From Candidatus Micrarchaeum sp. (GTDB taxonomy: Archaea; Micrarchaeota; Micrarchaeia; CABMEP01): a DNA stretch of 64,000 bases. Position 1 is the first letter of the stretch. Each line of letters opens with the position of its first letter. Both the position numbers and the translations under genes were made by a program. The stretch lies in assembly GCA_020723065.1 (NCBI GenBank), contig DYJP01000004.1, positions 1,041-65,040 of the forward strand. The letters run 5' to 3'. The notes under the pieces were generated by a model. That model did no database searches. It was given only the letters and a program-made list of their open reading frames with translations, and was not told where the DNA came from. Of the stretch, positions 59,286 through 64,000 are shown in pieces.

Positions 59286-61622
59286 TTATGTTAAGCTTGG
59301 TGTAGAAACCGTGATTTCACTCAGCTCGTCAACCTTGCTATTCTCTGGCGCCGCAGTGTCACGCTGTATTCTTACTAACTTGCCGCTTGCGGCTTCCTTC
59401 ATCAGTTCATCGTGTGTAATGACGAACGTCTGCTCCACTATCTGCGGTATGTGCTCCCTTAGCGTTCCAGCAAGTGTCTTTACAGCTTCCTCATCAAGAT
59501 TGTGGGTCGGTTCGTCCAGTATGAGCCAGCTGAGATTTGGCGTTAGGACCATTGCGAAAGCCACTCTCAAGGCAAGGCATGCAAGTGCCCTTTCTCCTCC
59601 GGACGCTATCCCATCCACCCCGACATAATCGCTGTTGACTTTGAACATCAGATCATAATCGTTCTCGGAAGGAACCAGCTTGATCACAGTATAATCCGAA
59701 TAAGGATAGATCCTTCCCCAGATCTCTGTCAGTGCCTGGTTCACAGAATCAATTAGTTCTTCCCTCAGCTCGTGTTGGGTTTCCACTACTGCATTCGAGA
59801 AAAGCTGAAGTGATGATATCAGTTTGTTGTATTCCTCTATCTCCTTTGCATATTTCCTGACTTCTTCTATTCTCGTCTTCCTGTCTGAAAGGAGCTTCGA
59901 GACGTATGCTTCTTTTTCGTTGTACTGTTCGATTCTGCTCTTGACTTGCGTAAACTTGACATTCAAATCGTTCAGCTCCTTATTTTCAATTTCCCATTTC
60001 TCTTCGTTGAATTGTATGTGCGAGATCTGCCTTTCCTTTTCTGAAAGGTCATTTTCTATTTGTGCTACCTTGCTCTTCTTAAGCTGGATTTCTTTTATCC
60101 GTTCGTATAGTTTCGAAAGCTCCAGGTATTCATTGTCTATTAAGTTCAGCTTCGAGTTCATTTCTTCTTTTCTAACTGTTGTCTGTTTGAGCCTTGATTC
60201 AGTATCATTCAATTTCAGGAGGTTTGCCTTTTCGTTTTCCTCGATTCCCTCGTATTCCTTCATAAGGGATGTGGTTCTTTCGATGCTGTCTATTTTTTCC
60301 CTTATCGATTTGAATAAGGAAGTGCCGTCCGAACTTTCTTTAGCGAGTTCCTGCATCAGCTTATTGTGTTCATTTATCATTTTCTCCTTTGAGATTATAA
60401 GCCGTTCCCGTTTTTCCTTGCTAAGTTCTGAGTCGCATACAGGGCAATGGGAGTTCGCAGCCTTGAGCTCTCTGACTGATCTCTCAAGTTCTGTTACTTT
60501 CGCTTTGGAATCCGATAATGTTTCCGATATCTTGGAGTTCTTATCTTCTATCTCTTTCATTTTTTGCTTCAGCCTGTCTGCGGTTTCCCCTTCAAGAAGC
60601 TTGGCTAGTTTCGCTTCCATCTCCTTCTTCATGGATTTCTTTTTTTCGATTGCTTGCTGTTCGGATTTTGCAGCTCCAAGGAGCCTGGTCAGTTCCCTAT
60701 ATTCATTGTCTAGCAGAGAAATATCCTTTTGGATCGCATCCCTGTTGGTTCTTTTTTCGTTGAGCTTCGATTCTATCTCTTCCTTTCCTTCCTTTATCGG
60801 ACTTGATTGGATGTCCTTTTTCAGAAGCTCAAGATTGTGCTTCAACCCAGTTATTTCGTCCTGAAGCTTTCTGAATCTTTCCTTCTGTAGTTTAAGTTCG
60901 TTCACAAGTCTTTCTTTTTCCGCCTTCTGCCTGGAAACCGATTCAAACTCTTCTTTCCGCTTCGAGAGTTCTGACTTTATCTCAGTTACTTGCGTTTCAA
61001 AATCTCGAATTTCCCTTTCTATTATCGCTATGTTGGCATTCTTGACGAAAATCTCCTTGTCTGATTTCATTGTCTTTATTCTACTTGCGGCAGTCGTCGC
61101 ATTCTTCCTTGCTATTTCAAATCTGTCTATGCCTATGAGTTCATCAATCTGCCTTTTTCTCTCTCCTCTTCCCAAAGTAAGAAAGTAGTCTATTCTGTTT
61201 TGCTCGGAATATATCGCTCTTGTGAAAAGATCGTAGTCTATTTCAAGGAGATTTCTTATGTAGTCGCTGACCCTTTCGGACTGAGGTCCTTCAACTCGTT
61301 GGCCGTTCTTTTTAATTTCAGCTTCGGATCCGCCTTTCCTTTTTATCTTTCGTATCACTACATATTCGTCCTGCTTGTGCTTGAAAACAAGTGTGACTTC
61401 CGCTTCATTCTCTTCCTTCGGCCTATTCTTGATGAAGTCTGTTATCTTCAGCCTTCTGTGTTGCACCGCAGGAGTAGTACCGAATAAGGCGAAGCATATC
61501 CCGTCGATTATGCTGCTCTTTCCCCCTCCCATTCTTCCTACTATTATGTTTGTTCCGTTTGAGAACGATACGGAGCTGTCCAAGTGGGACCTCCAATTTT
61601 TAAGGGATATGGATTTGATCAT
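59286..61622 (-). CDS. rad50: Rad50-like SMC-family DSB repair ATPase.
   Basis: N-terminal Walker A GRMGGGKSS. Long coiled coil with a CPVC zinc-hook. C-terminal signature and Walker B (LSGGERALACLALRVAF...LILDEPT). Confidence 0.85.
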   Translation of the reverse strand: MIKSISLKNWRSHLDSSVSFSNGTNIIVGRMGGGKSSIIDGICFALFGTTPAVQHRRLKITDFIKNRPKEENEAEVTLVFKHKQDEYVVIRKIKRKGGSEAEIKKNGQRVEGPQSERVSDYIRNLLEIDYDLFTRAIYSEQNRIDYFLTLGRGERKRQIDELIGIDRFEIARKNATTAASRIKTMKSDKEIFVKNANIAIIEREIRDFETQVTEIKSELSKRKEEFESVSRQKAEKERLVNELKLQKERFRKLQDEITGLKHNLELLKKDIQSSPIKEGKEEIESKLNEKRTNRDAIQKDISLLDNEYRELTRLLGAAKSEQQAIEKKKSMKKEMEAKLAKLLEGETADRLKQKMKEIEDKNSKISETLSDSKAKVTELERSVRELKAANSHCPVCDSELSKEKRERLIISKEKMINEHNKLMQELAKESSDGTSLFKSIREKIDSIERTTSLMKEYEGIEENEKANLLKLNDTESRLKQTTVRKEEMNSKLNLIDNEYLELSKLYERIKEIQLKKSKVAQIENDLSEKERQISHIQFNEEKWEIENKELNDLNVKFTQVKSRIEQYNEKEAYVSKLLSDRKTRIEEVRKYAKEIEEYNKLISSLQLFSNAVVETQHELREELIDSVNQALTEIWGRIYPYSDYTVIKLVPSENDYDLMFKVNSDYVGVDGIASGGERALACLALRVAFAMVLTPNLSWLILDEPTHNLDEEAVKTLAGTLREHIPQIVEQTFVITHDELMKEAASGKLVRIQRDTAAPENSKVDELSEITVSTPSLT

Positions 61623-61717
61623 TTTTCCACTTTAAAATCTGCTGCGCAGCAATATCCAATTTTTTCGGCTGTTTATTATATCTTCAAGATTAAGTATTTA
61701 AGGCTATTTTACGAGTT

Positions 61718-62245
61718 ATGTCTATGGCGCAGGAAAAATTCCTTGTCGATGCAATGCTCATCAAGCTTGGAAGATGGCTCAGGATACTCGGCTACGACTG
61801 CAAGATACCAGATTACAATAACAAGTACGAGATAATGGACGTGCACCTTGCCGAATCTGCGCTCAAGGAAGGGAGAATATTGCTCACAATGGACCGTGAG
61901 CTTTCAAAAATGGCCCAGTTTTCCGGCACAAAAGTGATTCTGATTCCTTCGAACTTGTCACATATAAAAAAGCAGCTGAAGTTTCTTTTCAAAAAATCTC
62001 TGATCGATTCTTCTATACTGAAGAACATCGAATCGCTGGATAAGAGCACTAGATGTGTTTTTTGTGGTGGGAAACTTAAGCTTTTTCAAAAACAAGATTT
62101 TGGGAAAGTCGAGAACATGAAGGATTGGGTTAGAGCCCGGCATTCCCAGGTATGGTCCTGTACAAGCTGCAAGCAGATCTACTGGAAGGGAAGCCATTGG
62201 AAAAAGATAATCGAAATGCTTCAGGAAATAAAAAACGAGTATTGA
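61718..62245 (+). CDS. Mut7-C RNase domain protein (DUF82, PIN-like) with a C-terminal zinc ribbon.
   Basis: FLVDAMLIKLGRWLRILGYD signature. C-terminal CVFCGG...CTSCKQIYWKGSHW. Confidence 0.65.
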   Translation: MSMAQEKFLVDAMLIKLGRWLRILGYDCKIPDYNNKYEIMDVHLAESALKEGRILLTMDRELSKMAQFSGTKVILIPSNLSHIKKQLKFLFKKSLIDSSILKNIESLDKSTRCVFCGGKLKLFQKQDFGKVENMKDWVRARHSQVWSCTSCKQIYWKGSHWKKIIEMLQEIKNEY

Positions 62246-62246
62246 T

Positions 62247-63194
62247 TTATTTCAGAGTCATTCCTTCTTTCCAGGCAGTCCATGTTCCGTCAAGCCTTGC
62301 GAAATAGTTATAGACATGGCTTGCGCATCTTCTTTCGTCGTCAAAATGACCAAGCCTATTTTTGTCATCTTTAGAAAGGCTTCTGAATTTGACGTGCCTT
62401 TTATTTTCATTTTCTTTCCAGACGCACATCACGTCCCTTATGTCGAATCCAGGTGTGTATTCTCCATTTATTTTCAAGCTGGGCGGAATCATCTTCGCTT
62501 TAAGTATCTCTTTAACAATTGACTGGTCTCCAATTGGAACCATGGTCAGCCTTTCAACTAGGTCTGCATATCCGTCGTTATAGGGATTGGATTTTTTGTT
62601 TTCCATTATCCTGTGGTAGTACCAGTGCGGAGAGAGTATACTCTGGCCTTTCATGATCATGTTAGCAAGAAGCTCTTCGAATTTGGTCCTTTCGATTGTT
62701 TCAGATGAGATCAGTTTATCGAGCCCGGGCGTGTATTTGTCTCCGTCTCTTGCGTGCTTTCCAAGCCAGATTGCGGTCAGAAACGCGTATATCTCTGCTT
62801 CATTCAAAACATCGTAGAATGAAACCGGCATGGACTTGAGATGGATCGCAGTATAATCTGGCATCGACTGAATGGTATTCATAAGCCCGTAATACACCCA
62901 TCTTGAGCCCTTGTGGCAGAATTTTATGCATGATTTGTTGTGATCCTTCCATCCCTGATCCATATTTTCCGATATGTTTTTCTGTATTATCCCGAAGTTC
63001 TTCCTATGGAATAATCTTACTATGTTACTGTCGTCAGGTTTGGCTTTTGCCGGGCCGATCCTTTCTTCTATCTTTATCTCCGGGAACAGTCCTTTCTGTA
63101 TCATTGTCTTCGGAGTTTCGGATTTCTTTTCGGAACCGAACTTTCCATAAGGTGCATAGTATTCTTCCCAGTATTCTCTTTCTTCTTTGTTCAT
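62247..63194 (-). CDS. Hypothetical W/Y-rich protein (315 aa).
   Basis: ORF only. No motif recognised. Confidence 0.4.
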   Translation of the reverse strand: MNKEEREYWEEYYAPYGKFGSEKKSETPKTMIQKGLFPEIKIEERIGPAKAKPDDSNIVRLFHRKNFGIIQKNISENMDQGWKDHNKSCIKFCHKGSRWVYYGLMNTIQSMPDYTAIHLKSMPVSFYDVLNEAEIYAFLTAIWLGKHARDGDKYTPGLDKLISSETIERTKFEELLANMIMKGQSILSPHWYYHRIMENKKSNPYNDGYADLVERLTMVPIGDQSIVKEILKAKMIPPSLKINGEYTPGFDIRDVMCVWKENENKRHVKFRSLSKDDKNRLGHFDDERRCASHVYNYFARLDGTWTAWKEGMTLK

Positions 63195-63316
63195 ATATAT
63201 CCCATTCCTTTTTTTGTCTATAATTACACAATTTACTTGTATTAAAATCTTTGCTTTTGGATTTTAGAATGTTTTTTCCGCATGCGTTTTAAAACAATCC
63301 CACGATATTATTATTA

Positions 63317-64000
63317 TGGCTAAAAAGTTAGTTCTTCGGGTTAAACGAGGGTTTTTCGTAAAGGATTTGAAATCTTTTCTGGGCCTTGTCAGATTTGAGC
63401 ATGGAATAATGTATGCAGTAGCAGTAATCATCGGTGCGCTTATTGTTGGGGGTTTCGAGTCTTTGTCGTTTGTAGTTTTCATTGGATGTCTTGTGTCTCT
63501 TCTCGTAGAATTCGGGGCGTTTAGCCTTAACGATTTCGTCGACCTAAAGGCAGATATAGCTAATAGGAGAAAGGATAGGCCGCTTGTAATGCGGACAATT
63601 TCTCCGTCTGCTGCGTTCTTTATCGGTGCTTTTTCATTCGTGTTGGCTAATATTATCGCATTCATGTTTTTGGATTCATTTGCATTTCAGGTAATATTCG
63701 GTTTTTCTATAATTTCCGTGCTTTATGATTTCATATTGAAGAACCTTCCGTTGGTCGGAAACGCGGTTATTGCAATTACCATGGCGGTTCCATTCGTTTT
63801 CGGAGCCTTAATAGTCGCAAGCCCTTCCGACGTTTCCATTCAGCCCGTTCTCTGTCTTTCAGCGATAGCGTTCCTCGTCGGCTTGGGCCGGGAGATAATG
63901 AAGGACATAGAGGATGTGAAAGGAGATACATCCGTCGGGGCCAGGACCCTTCCGGTCATGATCGGAAGCAAAAATTCTGCAATGCTTGCTGCGGTTTTCT
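63317..64000 (+). CDS. UbiA-family prenyltransferase, probable DGGGP synthase. The 3' end is truncated by the window edge.
   Basis: MAKKLVLRV... followed by TM helices and an LNDFVDLKADIANRRKDRPL Asp-rich motif. A second D-rich region EIMKDIEDVKGD follows. No stop codon before the window end. Confidence 0.7.

Noticed and set aside
59824-60864. 346-aa S/F/L-rich ORF antisense to rad50.
   Set aside because: It is the mirror-frame artefact of a K/E-rich coiled-coil coding region.
63264-63665. 133-aa minus-strand ORF.
   Set aside because: It overlaps the much better supported UbiA-family CDS on the plus strand, which runs off the window end.
1-64000. CRISPR arrays, rRNA genes and inteins.
   Set aside because: There are no regularly spaced direct repeats, no rRNA-like conserved stretches and no intein-length insertions in aIF5B, RFC, Rad50 or the synthetases.

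Overview
This is a low-GC, densely coded archaeal segment, most consistent with a DPANN-like archaeon.

Evidence for an archaeon:
- Archaeal-type core genes: aIF5B, aEF-1alpha, ribosomal S10 and S8e, the RFC small subunit, a class I CCA-adding enzyme, Cgi121 and Rad50.
- Archaeal lipid genes: GGGP synthase, plus a partial UbiA-type prenyltransferase (probably DGGGP synthase) at the 3' edge.
- Four tRNAs, three of them interrupted by introns.
- Class III (prepilin-like) signal peptides on several proteins.

Several genes nonetheless look bacterial-type:
- a short AlaRS lacking the C-terminal domain
- gatCAB
- an OGG1-type glycosylase
- three tandem dNK-family kinases

Most unusual features:
- A two-operon type IV pilus / archaellum-like locus at about 32.4-48.3 kb. 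It has a FlaI/TadA-like ATPase, a split FlaJ/TadC-like membrane platform, a small HTH protein, seven proteins with class III signal peptides, and an 862-aa secreted, glycosylation-rich protein. A FlaH-like KaiC ATPase with a 140-aa lysine-rich disordered N-terminus sits with a thioredoxin at the head of the pilin operon.
- Three tandem, overlapping deoxynucleoside-kinase paralogs.
- A LonB-type AAA+ ATPase with no protease domain, carrying a zinc ribbon where LonB normally has its membrane anchor.
- A frameshifted I-DmoI-like LAGLIDADG homing-endonuclease gene beside an intron-containing tRNA.
- A multiply frameshifted UvdE (UV damage endonuclease) pseudogene.
- A zinc-ribbon protein with a Q/N-rich tail.

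I found no CRISPR array, rRNA, integrase or transposase.
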